A DNA stretch of 64,000 nt, from assembly GCA_050329975.1 (NCBI GenBank), contig JBHJOG010000207.1, positions 7,211 through 71,210 of the forward strand, in the 5' to 3' direction. The stretch's first letter is position 1, and each line of letters opens with the position of its first letter. Source of the DNA: Alphaproteobacteria bacterium. GTDB lineage: Bacteria > Pseudomonadota > Alphaproteobacteria > CALKHQ01. Shown in pieces: positions 1 to 8,885 of the stretch. Both the position numbers and the translations under genes were made by a program. The notes beneath the pieces were generated by a model. That model worked only from the letters and a program-made list of their open reading frames with translations, searched no databases and was not told where the DNA came from.

Positions 1-447
1 CTCCTCCAGCGGCGCGATCAGGGTGTCCATGTCGATGACCGGGATGCCGGCCTCGATCATCCGGTTGACCGGATCGGTCAGGGTGCCGATGCCGAACGCC
101 TGGATCGCCACGAAATCCCACTCCTGGGAGGCCATGTTGTCGATCGCCGCACGCTGCTTGGTCGAGGAGAGTTCGCCGTCGAACCACGTCACCTCGACGT
201 TGAACAGCTTGCCCCAGTATTCCGCCGCCTGCTTGCCCTGGGCGCACCAGGTCGCCTGCAGGCCGGCATTGGAGAAGGCCGCGCGCAGCGGCGTCTCGGA
301 GCGGCCCATCTCCTGGGCCATGGCCTTGGCCAGGAACGGGTCGAAGCCCATGCCGACGGCCGCCAGCCCGGCGGCGCCTGCGGCGGTTGCCGCTCCGCCG
401 AGGACGGAACGCCGCGAAACTGGCTTATTTGTACGATCATTGCTCAT
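1..447 (-). CDS. ABC transporter periplasmic substrate-binding protein (sugar-binding type), N-terminal part only; gene continues beyond the window start
   Basis: Reverse-strand translation from ATG at 445-447 gives MSNDRTNKPVSRRSVLGGAATAAGAAGLAAVGMGFDPFLAKA..., an RR-containing Tat/Sec signal peptide followed by a PBP-like sequence. A GGAGGAAACC Shine-Dalgarno sits upstream at 448-457. The frame has high GC3. This ORF is not in the supplied track because it runs off the window. Confidence 0.6.
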   Translation of the reverse strand, partial: MSNDRTNKPVSRRSVLGGAATAAGAAGLAAVGMGFDPFLAKAMAQEMGRSETPLRAAFSNAGLQATWCAQGKQAAEYWGKLFNVEVTWFDGELSSTKQRAAIDNMASQEWDFVAIQAFGIGTLTDPVNRMIEAGIPVIDMDTLIAPLEE

Positions 448-811
448 CAGGTTTCCTCCAGGAAGTTTATTCTCGTTCGGGAGCCTCAGATTAAGCGCCG
501 TCGACCTTGGCGGTCAATCGAGTACGGGTTCATTTGTATGACGAAACCAATCTGCGTCGGTCCTCCGATATGGCCAAGTGTTGACTCGATTCACGGCCGG
601 CCCAGCCCCAGATTGAATGAGAGGGTGCACAGGACCCATCGTCGGCAGGCTGGACGGCGCGAAAGAGTAGGGCGTCCCACAACGGATACCCTGTTGCGCT
701 ACCGCCGGCAACAGGAAGCGGAGGCCTCCCGGTCCTCGAGATCGGACTGTGGAAGCCCGGTACTGAAGTATGAGCCACGACCCCATGGCAACCACCAAGG
801 AGCCAATGGCG

Positions 812-1396
812 ATGCAGACTCCCGTTGAGATCGTGTTTCACAAGCTGGAGCGGTCAGAGGCCGTCGAAGCCCGCGTGCGCGAGCGCGTTGAACGGCTGGA
901 GCGTTTCCACCCCCGCATCACGAGTTGCCATGTCTACATCGACGCAGCCCACCGCAACGCGCAGAAGAAGAGCCTGGAGTACCAGGTCCGGGTGGAGGTC
1001 CGGGTGCCGGGAACCGAACTGGCGGTCAGCAGCAAGCCGGGCGACGTCAACGCGCATGGCGACGTCTACATCGCCATCCGCGACACCTTCGTGGCCATGG
1101 AGCGGCAGCTGAAGCGCAGCCGTCGGCAGACGACCGGCGAGGTGAAGACGCATCTGTCGCCGTTGCAGGGCACGGTAGCAGAGCTCCATCCGGATCGCGA
1201 CCACGGCCAGATCGCGACCACGGACGGCCGCCTCGTCTATTTCCACCGCAACAGCGTGGTCAACGGCGGCTTCGACGCGCTGAGCGAGGGCGCGACGGTC
1301 GAACTGTCCATCCAGCACGACGAAAGCGACAAGGGTCCGCAGGCGAGCACCGTTCGCCAGATCGGCCCGATGCGGTTCGTCGACGAGCCACGCTGA
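812..1396 (+). CDS. hpf: Ribosome hibernation factor (HPF/RaiA/YfiA family) with C-terminal cold-shock-like OB domain
   Basis: MQTPVEIVFHKLERSEAVEARVRERVERLERFHPRITSCHVYI...DVYIAIRDTFVAMERQLKR matches the HPF/S30AE fold pattern. The C-terminal GTVAELHPDRDHGQIATTDGRLVYFHRNSVVNGGFDALSEGATVELSI...KGPQASTV follows the CSD pattern (G.V..F....G.GFI...G..VFFH..S.....F..L.EG..VEF). An AAGGAG Shine-Dalgarno lies 9 nt before the ATG at 812; the track start at 770 was rejected. Confidence 0.7.
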   Translation: MQTPVEIVFHKLERSEAVEARVRERVERLERFHPRITSCHVYIDAAHRNAQKKSLEYQVRVEVRVPGTELAVSSKPGDVNAHGDVYIAIRDTFVAMERQLKRSRRQTTGEVKTHLSPLQGTVAELHPDRDHGQIATTDGRLVYFHRNSVVNGGFDALSEGATVELSIQHDESDKGPQASTVRQIGPMRFVDEPR

Positions 1397-1423
1397 CGGC
1401 GAGGGCGTTCGCGGTATCATGGT

Positions 1424-2308
1424 CTACGCGTCGTCACGGTGAGCCGACCAGGCGAACCGCGCGAGGTACAGATCCGGCGACGCGGCGTGGGCGCGCATCG
1501 CGGCCGCGAGCGTGGCCGGATCGGCGCCGGAAAGGATACCGGTCCTTACCAGCGCGGCGGCAAAGCCCGCGCGCTTGGCGCCGGCGATGTCGTGCTCGAT
1601 GCTGTCGCCGATCCCGATGGTTCGGGCCGGCGGCGGCAGCGGTCCCAGGCGGGCGGCTTCCTCCAGCGCGACGCGGTAGATCTCCGTGAACGGCTTGCCG
1701 ATCCGGGTTACCGGGCCGCCGAGTTCGGCGTAGAGGTCGGCGATCCGACCGGGGCCGAATCCGCTGCCCTCGGCCAGTACCATGACCTTGTCCGGGTTTG
1801 TGCACAGGCAGGGAAGCCCACGGGCCGCTGCCGGCGCCAGCAACGCGCGGTAGTCGTCGAGCGGCCGGATGTCGCCATCGCTGCCGGCCAGCAGCACGAA
1901 ATCGGCATCGTCGGCAGCAGCGACCATCGCAAGGGGCAGGCCCGCGACCGCCGACTCGTCGCCGCGCCGGTTGACCAGCAGGCATCGCAACGGTTGCGCC
2001 GTTGTGGCCACCGGCAGCTGGCCACCGGCGATCTGCCGCCAGGCGACCTCGCCCGAGCAGAGACAAACATCGTAGCAGGCCCGATCGAAGCCGAGCGCCG
2101 CCAGCCGCGCCTCGTTGCTGGCCGCGCGACGACCCGAATTGGAGAGCAGGATCACGGTCTTGCCTGCTGCCTTGAGTTCGTGCAGCGCCGCGACGGCACC
2201 AGGATAGGCGGCCGACCCATCGTGCAGCACGCCGAACTGATCGACCAGGAACAGGTCGTAGTGCTCGACGATTGCGGAAAGTCCGTCCGCTGTCGTGATG
2301 GCGGGCAT
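1424..2308 (-). CDS. HAD-superfamily subfamily IIA hydrolase (phosphatase)
   Basis: MPAITTADGLSAIVEHYDLFLVDQFGVLHDG...ILLSNSGRRAASNEARLAALGF...IGIGDSIEHDIAGAKRAGFAAALVRTGI shows the HAD motifs (DxxGVLxDG; C-terminal GDxxxxDI). The track ORF 1424..2902 carries a 197-aa Arg-rich N-terminal extension, which I rejected. Confidence 0.75.
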   Translation of the reverse strand: MPAITTADGLSAIVEHYDLFLVDQFGVLHDGSAAYPGAVAALHELKAAGKTVILLSNSGRRAASNEARLAALGFDRACYDVCLCSGEVAWRQIAGGQLPVATTAQPLRCLLVNRRGDESAVAGLPLAMVAAADDADFVLLAGSDGDIRPLDDYRALLAPAAARGLPCLCTNPDKVMVLAEGSGFGPGRIADLYAELGGPVTRIGKPFTEIYRVALEEAARLGPLPPPARTIGIGDSIEHDIAGAKRAGFAAALVRTGILSGADPATLAAAMRAHAASPDLYLARFAWSAHRDDA

Positions 2309-2328
2309 GGTCGTCCCGCTTCGAGGCG

Positions 2329-3384
2329 TCAGCACGGGTTCATCAGCGGTTCGCCGGCGATGAAGCGGCGGATCTCCTCGGCGATCTGCTCGGCGGTATG
2401 GGTCACGGTGCGCACCGAGGCGCCCGCAATGTGCGGCGTGAGCGTGACGTTCGGCAGCTTGAGCAGCGGCCAGTCGGCCGGCGGCGGCTCGATCGCGAAG
2501 GTCTCCAGCATGGCGCCGCCCAGGTGGTTGCTCGCCAGCGCGTCGTAGAGCGCGTCGTAGTCGACCATCGGACCGCGGGCGGTGTTGACGAAGATGGCGC
2601 CCGGCTTCATCGCGGCCAAGGCCGCGGCGTCGATGAAGCCGGTGGTTTCCGGCGTTACCCGGGCGTGGAGGGTGACCACGTCGGACCTGGCGAGCAGGGC
2701 GGCGCGGTCGACATGCTCGACACCGGCCCGCGCATCGTCGGCGCTGAGCTGGACATAGGGATCGGCGACGAGGATCCGGCAGCCGAACGCGCGCAGCAGC
2801 CGCACCACCCGGGTGCCGACCGCGCCGTAACCGATGACGCCGACCGTGAGCTCGTTCAACTCGCGGCCGGTGCGGTCGGTGCGGTAGAGGTCGCCGCGCC
2901 ACTCGCCCTGGCGCAGCGCTTCGTGGCCTGCGCGGATCAGCCGGGTCTCGGCCAGGATGGCGCCGATGGTGAACTCGGCGACCGCGCTGGCGTTGCGGCC
3001 GGGCACGTTGACGACGCGGATGTTTCGGGCGCGGGCGGCGGCCATGTCGATGTTGACCGGGCCGCCGCGCGAGACGGCGACCAGCTGCAGCGCCGGCAGC
3101 CGGGCCATCATGCCGTCGGCGAGGGGCGACAGATGGGTGACGAAGATCTCGGCCTCGCCGATGAAATCCACCACCGCTTCGGGGTCGCCCATGTATTCCT
3201 TCAGCCCCCCAAGCTCTGGATGGGCGAGGCCCGGGCGGGCGTAGCCATGCTCCATCACCTCGTCGGGCCAGGGCAGCTCATCGGTCCGGATCAGGTGGCC
3301 GGGGCCGCAGGCGGCTTCGATCGCCTGACGGAACGTGTCTGAGAGCATGAACCGGTCACCGATGATGGCGATATGTCTAGGCAT
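2329..3384 (-). CDS. D-isomer-specific 2-hydroxyacid dehydrogenase, NAD-binding
   Basis: It has a GVIGYGAVG Rossmann motif and the family's catalytic region (...TLHARVTPETTGFIDAAALAAMKPGAIFVNTARGPMVDYDAL...). The ATG at 3382-3384 overlaps the upstream kinase stop by 8 nt. Confidence 0.85.
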   Translation of the reverse strand: MPRHIAIIGDRFMLSDTFRQAIEAACGPGHLIRTDELPWPDEVMEHGYARPGLAHPELGGLKEYMGDPEAVVDFIGEAEIFVTHLSPLADGMMARLPALQLVAVSRGGPVNIDMAAARARNIRVVNVPGRNASAVAEFTIGAILAETRLIRAGHEALRQGEWRGDLYRTDRTGRELNELTVGVIGYGAVGTRVVRLLRAFGCRILVADPYVQLSADDARAGVEHVDRAALLARSDVVTLHARVTPETTGFIDAAALAAMKPGAIFVNTARGPMVDYDALYDALASNHLGGAMLETFAIEPPPADWPLLKLPNVTLTPHIAGASVRTVTHTAEQIAEEIRRFIAGEPLMNPC

Positions 3385-4939
3385 CCGCTGCTCCGCGCGC
3401 CTCGGCCAACTGCCGCCAGATCGGGATCATCGCGCGCTGGGCCCCGACATAAGCCGGATAGAGCCGGGCGTAGACCTCGGTCAGCGCAGGGTCCGGCGGC
3501 TCCAGCGCTCCGAGCCACGGGCCGACCCAGGCATCGGCGCAGGCGGCCATATCCGGATAGACGCCGAGGCAGACCGCCGCCATCATCGCTGCCCCGGCCG
3601 CGCCCGCTTCCTCGCGGCCGCCGCCCCGGACCGAAGCGCCCACCGCGGCGCCGATGATCTGACGCAAGGCGACGCTGCGGGCAGCACCGCCGGAGACGCG
3701 GATTTCTCCGGGCAGCGGGCCCATTGCGCCGTAGCAATTGCGCGCGGCGAGCGCCAAGCCTTCGAACACCGCACGCATCAGGTCGGCGTAGCGATGGCCG
3801 CTGTCCAGTCCGACGAACCCGGCGCGCGCATGCGGGTCGACGAAGGGGCCGCGTTCGCCAGCGTCCGAGATATGGGGCTGGTAGAGGATGCGGCCCGGCG
3901 CCGCGCCCAGCACCAGGTCGTCTATGCCGATGAGCTGGTCGGCGCGGCTGCGCCTCACACCGGCCGACGCGAGCACGTCGACCGCGAGGTCCAGCAGCCA
4001 ATCGATGTTCAGGGTGGCCGCCATGTTGGACTGGAGCTGGGCATAGAAGCCGGGGACGGGGAACTTCATCGTCCAGCCGGTACTGTCCGGATTGAGGCGG
4101 ACTTTGTCCGCGCCGTCCACCAGCGCGACATGTAATCCGGTCGAGCCGATTATGGTGAGCCCGGTCGAGCAGTCCGGGTCGTACAGACCGCCGCCAACGC
4201 AGGTGCAGAGCGCATCCACATAGGCCAGGACGACCGGCGTGCCGGCAGGTATTCCGATCTCGGCGGCGGCGCGTTCGCTCAGCGGGTCGTACTGGCGGGT
4301 TCCGTCGACGATTTCGGGCAGCAGGCCGCGGCGGTGGCTGAGACCGAGCAGTCGGACCACCTCGTCGCTGTAGGCAAGCGTGCGGTAGGAGCCGAAGGTG
4401 AACAGGCCCTCGGTCGGGTCGGTGGCGCGCCGGCCGGTCATCAGGAAGTACAGCCAGTCCTTGCAATGGAAAGCGGTAGCCGAGCGGTCGAGCAGGCCAG
4501 GCATGGTCTCGTCCATATAGGCGAGCTGGGCGCCCATCTGGCAGGCGGCGAAGCCGGTGCCCGTGATCAAGAACCGCTCGCGGTCTTCGGGCAGCGCGCG
4601 GCGGCGATCGGCCAGCGCGGCAGCCCGCGCGTCGAGCCAGAGCCAGCCCGGCGCTGTGGGTGTCCCGGCGTCGTCGATCAGCCAGGTCCCGTCGCCCTGG
4701 CCGGTGACCGCGATCGCCAGAGTGCGGCGGCCGAGGTCGGGGACCGACTCCGCCAGCCGGCGGAGCACAGCGGCGGTCTTGGTCCAGGTTTCCGCGGGAT
4801 CCTGCTCGTAGCCGCCATCGCCGACCCGCTGGTAGACATTCGGTTCGGCGGCGACGCCCAGTTGGCGGCCGTCGTCGGCGAAGGCGACTGCCTTGATCAC
4901 CGAAGTGCCGGCATCGATCCCGACGATGATGTCCGCCAT
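3377..4939 (-). CDS. FGGY-family carbohydrate kinase
   Basis: MADIIVGIDAGTSVIKAVAF is the FGGY N-terminal ATPase motif. A GGGAGGA Shine-Dalgarno lies 9 nt upstream of the ATG at 4937-4939; the track start at 4978 was rejected. It is probably co-transcribed with the dehydrogenase and HAD hydrolase. Confidence 0.85.
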   Translation of the reverse strand: MADIIVGIDAGTSVIKAVAFADDGRQLGVAAEPNVYQRVGDGGYEQDPAETWTKTAAVLRRLAESVPDLGRRTLAIAVTGQGDGTWLIDDAGTPTAPGWLWLDARAAALADRRRALPEDRERFLITGTGFAACQMGAQLAYMDETMPGLLDRSATAFHCKDWLYFLMTGRRATDPTEGLFTFGSYRTLAYSDEVVRLLGLSHRRGLLPEIVDGTRQYDPLSERAAAEIGIPAGTPVVLAYVDALCTCVGGGLYDPDCSTGLTIIGSTGLHVALVDGADKVRLNPDSTGWTMKFPVPGFYAQLQSNMAATLNIDWLLDLAVDVLASAGVRRSRADQLIGIDDLVLGAAPGRILYQPHISDAGERGPFVDPHARAGFVGLDSGHRYADLMRAVFEGLALAARNCYGAMGPLPGEIRVSGGAARSVALRQIIGAAVGASVRGGGREEAGAAGAAMMAAVCLGVYPDMAACADAWVGPWLGALEPPDPALTEVYARLYPAYVGAQRAMIPIWRQLAEARGAADA

Positions 4940-5087
4940 GCGCGGCGCGTCCTCCCGACTGTCGAATCCCATCTTCAACGCGGCACAGATGTGCCCTGCC
5001 GATGCCGCCAGCGCAACGGATCCTTAACCACGCCGCGGCGATAAGCGAGGAATCGAGTGCGGAAATCCGCGACAGACTGGACGCCTC

Positions 5088-6857
5088 ATGGACGGCTCGA
5101 CTGCGACGTCACCTGAACTCTGCGCGCCCGACAGACCGGCACGCATGACTCCAGCCGCGCCCTGCGGCTGTCTGCTGATCATCCCGAGCGCGCGGCTGGC
5201 CCCGGCGGAACTCCAGGCCGAACTGGGGCCGATCCCGAGTGGTATGGTGCCTTATCGCGGCCGCCCCGCCTATGCCCATATCATCGGTCAGGTCGGTGCG
5301 CGAGCGGATGCGGTTGCGATCGCGGTGGGCGACAGCGGTGCGCTGCTCGCCGAGCACGCCGGCCACGCCTTCGGATCCACAGCCCAGTGCGTCGATGTCG
5401 GTCCGACTACCAGCCTGGGCGCCACCATCAGTGCCGTGCTCGACGACTGGTGCGCCAGCGGGCTCGCCTTGCCGACACGCCTGCGGATTCAGTTCGCCGA
5501 CACGCTGATCGATGTGCCTGGCGCCGAGCCGGCGGATTCGACCGTGATCTACCATGGGCAGGCAGCCGACCTCTACCGCTGGACCTGCTTCACGGTCGAC
5601 GAGGCGGGAGCCATCGAGCGCTTCATCGAGAAGGATGCCGACAAGGCCGGCGAGGACGTCTACGGCGTGGTTATCGGCGCCTTCGCAATCGCCGACGTCG
5701 CCGGGTTTCACCGGCGCCTGCGCGCGGCCTGCGACACGACGACTGCTGTCGATCCGTTCTATGCCGCACTGCGCGAGCACTTCAACGCCGCCCCGGCTGC
5801 ACGGCGTGCGTTGCGCCCGGTGCGGCGCTGGACGGACTTGGGGCACCTGGACACCTATTACGCCGCCCGGCGCCAGGCCGGCATGAATGCCCGCGCGTTC
5901 AACGCGCTCGACGTGCGCGACCGGCGGGGGGTAATCCGCAAGACCAGCGCCAACCGGAGCAAGCTCGCCGACGAGATCCGCTGGTACCTGCGCCTGCCGA
6001 AGACGCTGGCTCATCTCGCCCCGCGGGTCCTCGACTACGACCTCGATCCGCAAGATCCGTTCGTCGAGATGGAGTTCTACGGCTACCCGGCGCTGTCGGA
6101 CATGTACCTCTACGGCGCCCATGACGGTGGAGTCTGGGAACGGGTGATGGCCGCGCTGGGCGACGCCCTGGACCTGATGGGCAGCCATCGCCTGGTCCCC
6201 GGCGATCCGCGCGACCTGACGACGGCCTTGCGGTCGGTCTACCAGGAAAAGACGGCCGACCGGATCGCTGGCCTGCCCGAACAGGGGGTCCGGAGCCTGT
6301 TCGCCCGGGACGTCGTCACCATCAATGGCCTGCGCCGTCCGGGGCTCGCGGCGATGATCGGTCTGCTGCCCCGGCTCGCCGATGCGGTCGGGCTTTACGA
6401 CTGCCCGCATTTCACCGTGATCCACGGCGACTTCTGCCTGTCCAACCTGCTGTTCGACCGGCGCAACTGCTTCCTGCGCTGCATCGACCCGCGCGGCCGG
6501 TTCGGCGGCTATGACATCTACGGCGATCCGCACTACGACCTCGCCAAGCTGCGGCACAGCTTCGTCGGCGGCTATGATTTCATGGTCAACGGCCTGGTCC
6601 GGGTCGATGCCGACGATGGCGGCGACGTGCGCTACACCCTGCTGCGGCAGCCGCGGCACCGCGCGATCGAGCGCCAGTTCGCCCGCTGGCTCGCCCGGCG
6701 CTGCCCGGACACGCTGGCGCGGATCGGCCTGATCGAGAGCCTGCTGTTCATCAGCATGACCCCGCTGCACGCGGACCGTCCCGACGCTCAGATCGCGATG
6801 ATGGCTACCGGCCTCGACCAGTTCGGCCGGCTGGCGCAGGAGGCTGGCCTGGGATGA
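5088..6857 (+). CDS. Bifunctional protein: N-terminal sugar-phosphate nucleotidyltransferase-like domain fused to C-terminal APH/choline-kinase-like phosphotransferase domain
   Basis: The N-terminal half has ...IERFIEKDADKAGEDVYGVVIGAFAIAD (the NTP-transferase v..F.EKP....y.n.G.Y pattern). The C-terminal half has VIHGDFCLSNLLFD (APH/ChoK catalytic HGDxxxxN) and DIYGDPHYDLA (the DxxxD-like motif). The start is ambiguous between M1 at 5088 and M20 at 5145. Confidence 0.65.
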   Translation: MDGSTATSPELCAPDRPARMTPAAPCGCLLIIPSARLAPAELQAELGPIPSGMVPYRGRPAYAHIIGQVGARADAVAIAVGDSGALLAEHAGHAFGSTAQCVDVGPTTSLGATISAVLDDWCASGLALPTRLRIQFADTLIDVPGAEPADSTVIYHGQAADLYRWTCFTVDEAGAIERFIEKDADKAGEDVYGVVIGAFAIADVAGFHRRLRAACDTTTAVDPFYAALREHFNAAPAARRALRPVRRWTDLGHLDTYYAARRQAGMNARAFNALDVRDRRGVIRKTSANRSKLADEIRWYLRLPKTLAHLAPRVLDYDLDPQDPFVEMEFYGYPALSDMYLYGAHDGGVWERVMAALGDALDLMGSHRLVPGDPRDLTTALRSVYQEKTADRIAGLPEQGVRSLFARDVVTINGLRRPGLAAMIGLLPRLADAVGLYDCPHFTVIHGDFCLSNLLFDRRNCFLRCIDPRGRFGGYDIYGDPHYDLAKLRHSFVGGYDFMVNGLVRVDADDGGDVRYTLLRQPRHRAIERQFARWLARRCPDTLARIGLIESLLFISMTPLHADRPDAQIAMMATGLDQFGRLAQEAGLG

Positions 6858-7600
6858 GCACGACCGTCGTCGTCACCATGGCCGGCGAGGGCCGCCGCTT
6901 CCGCGACGCGGGCTACACAGTTCCGAAGTTTGCCGTCGCGGTGCACGGGCGCACGTTGCTCGACTGGTCGCTGACGAGCCTGCAGCGTTTCGCCGCCATG
7001 GGCACGCGGGCAATCTTCGTCGCACGCGCCGAGGAAGATCCGGTGGCGGCCATCGCGCGCGCCTGCGCCGCTGTCGGTTTCGCCAACTGGTCGGTTGTGA
7101 TGCTGGACAGGCCGACCGACGGCCAGGCGACGACCGTGCTCGCAGCCGAACCGGCCCTTGCCGATCCTGCCGACCGGCTGCTGGTGTGGAACGTCGACAC
7201 GCTGGTCTGGCCGGACGCCCTGGACCCTGCCGACTTTGCCGGCGACGGCTGGCTGCCATGTTTCCCGGGGCTCGGTGACGCCTGGAGCTTCGCCCGCGCC
7301 GATTCGTCGGGGTTGGTCGCGGAGGTGCGCGAGAAGCGGCGGATCTCCGGCGACGCCACCATCGGGCTCTACGGGTTCGCCAGCTGGCAGGCGTTTCGCG
7401 ACGCCTATGCCGACACCTACGCCGCCAGCGTGCCGCGCGAGGCGGGCGAGTGCTACGTGGCTCCGATCTACAACGCGATGATCGCCGCGGGCAAGGACGT
7501 GCGCCTGAGCCGGCTGCCCGCACACGCTGTGGTGCCGCTGGGGACGCCGGCCGACGTCGCGGCCTTCGCCGCCGCTGAGCCGGTCGTGGCCGCTGCATGA
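6854..7600 (+). CDS. MobA-like / sugar-phosphate nucleotidyltransferase family protein
   Basis: VVVTMAGEGRRFRDAGYTVPKFAVAVHGRTLLDWSL is an NTP-transferase N-terminal glycine-rich motif. The ATGA overlap with the upstream gene stop suggests translational coupling. Confidence 0.65.
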   Translation: MSTTVVVTMAGEGRRFRDAGYTVPKFAVAVHGRTLLDWSLTSLQRFAAMGTRAIFVARAEEDPVAAIARACAAVGFANWSVVMLDRPTDGQATTVLAAEPALADPADRLLVWNVDTLVWPDALDPADFAGDGWLPCFPGLGDAWSFARADSSGLVAEVREKRRISGDATIGLYGFASWQAFRDAYADTYAASVPREAGECYVAPIYNAMIAAGKDVRLSRLPAHAVVPLGTPADVAAFAAAEPVVAAA

Positions 7601-8793
7601 CCCTGCCGATCATCCTGCTCAAGGGACTGTCGCAGTACGGCGCGTTGCGGCTGCATGTCGAGCAGCTCGCCGCCGCGCTGCGGGCCCGCGGGCAGGAGGT
7701 GTTCGTCTTCGATCACGCCCAGGAGACCTCGGATCGGCTGGTTGCCGCGCTCAACGCGGGCTGCCGGGCGGTCGTCTCCTTCAATGGGGTCGGGCTCGAC
7801 ATGCTGGTCGAGGACAGGCCGTTCTACGACGTGGTCGGGGTGCCGCTGGTGACGATGATCGTCGACCACCCGGCCCACCACGCCCAGCGGCTGGCTGCAG
7901 CCGGGACCCGCGTGGTGATCAATGTGATCGACCGCAGCCACCTGGCCTGGCTTGCCGATGTGTTCGGCCGCGACCGCTTTCAGATCACCGGCCTGCTGCC
8001 GCCGGGCGGCAATGTGGACGCGCCCCCCGAGGACAACGACGTCGACTCGTTCCTGGCCCGGCGCGACATCGCGCTGCTGTTCACGGGCACCTACCGCGGC
8101 GTCCCCGAGCGCCAATGGTCGAAGCTGGGCAGCCCCTTCGTCCGTGGCGTCCTGGATGCCGCCGCCGACCTCTGCCTCGCGCATGACATGCTGCCGGTCG
8201 AAGAGGCCCTGCAGCAGGCGCTGGCCAGTCACGACGTGCAGGTGTCCGGCGAAACCCGGCGCCGGTTCTGGCGGCTGGCCGCGTCGCTCACCGACTTCGT
8301 GCATGGACTGCGCCGCCACCAGGCGCTGAGCGCGATCGGCGAAGCGGGCCTGCCGCTCAGCCTGTACGGCCGCGATTGGGACCCCTATCTCGAGGCCCAT
8401 CCGCACGTGGCCTACGGCGGTGAGGGCAGCTTCGAGGAAACGCTGCAGCACCTGAAGCGCACCCGGATCTGCCTCAACACCAACACAAATTTCGTCGCCG
8501 GCGCCCACGAGCGCGTGTTCGCCGCCCAGTGCGCGGGTGCCGCCGTGTGCACCGACGCCAGCCGCTACTACCAGGACATGTACCGGGACGGCGTGGACAT
8601 CATGCTCTACCGTTGGACCCGGCTTGCGGAACTGCCCGGTTTGATCGGCTCCTATCTGAACGACCCGCCCCGCCTGGCCGGGCTCGCCTTCGCCGGCAGG
8701 GCAACCGCCGAGGCACACCACGGCTGGGAGAGCCGCGCCGATACCCTGCTCGGTCAGATCGACATCTACTACGGATTCGGCCGCTGCGCCTGA
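7597..8793 (+). CDS. Hypothetical protein, GT-B glycosyltransferase-like (CgeB/DUF3880-like C-terminal region)
   Basis: It overlaps the upstream stop by ATGA. The N-terminal part looks like a Rossmann fold (ILLKGLSQYGALRLHVEQLAAALRARGQEVFVFD). The C-terminal TRICLNTNTNFVAGAHERVFAAQCAGAAVCTD resembles the GT1/CgeB C-terminal signature. The frame has high GC3. Confidence 0.5.
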   Translation: MTLPIILLKGLSQYGALRLHVEQLAAALRARGQEVFVFDHAQETSDRLVAALNAGCRAVVSFNGVGLDMLVEDRPFYDVVGVPLVTMIVDHPAHHAQRLAAAGTRVVINVIDRSHLAWLADVFGRDRFQITGLLPPGGNVDAPPEDNDVDSFLARRDIALLFTGTYRGVPERQWSKLGSPFVRGVLDAAADLCLAHDMLPVEEALQQALASHDVQVSGETRRRFWRLAASLTDFVHGLRRHQALSAIGEAGLPLSLYGRDWDPYLEAHPHVAYGGEGSFEETLQHLKRTRICLNTNTNFVAGAHERVFAAQCAGAAVCTDASRYYQDMYRDGVDIMLYRWTRLAELPGLIGSYLNDPPRLAGLAFAGRATAEAHHGWESRADTLLGQIDIYYGFGRCA

Positions 8794-8840
8794 GGAGCCG
8801 ATCGGCGGCCGGTCGGCGCGGACACTCCTCGAATTGCGGC

Positions 8841-8860
8841 GCGGCGGCAGGCGCCGCCGC
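8841..8860. terminator. GC hairpin (GCGGCGGC-AGGC-GCCGCCGC) between convergent genes; possible bidirectional terminator
   Basis: This is a perfect 8-bp inverted repeat read directly from the sequence, extendable with mismatches to 8834..8866. There is no clear U-tract. Confidence 0.35.
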
Positions 8861-8885
8861 ACGCAATCGGCGTGAATCCTGCCGG

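Noticed and set aside
23-541. Plus-strand 172-aa ORF at the window start
   Set aside because: The opposite strand encodes a substrate-binding protein N-terminus with signal peptide, strong Shine-Dalgarno and high GC3. The plus ORF has no motif.
1424-2902. 492-aa extended ORF for the HAD hydrolase
   Set aside because: The N-terminal 197 aa are Arg-rich nonsense overlapping the 2-hydroxyacid dehydrogenase gene. The HAD motif DxxGVLxDG begins 25 aa after the ATG at 2308.
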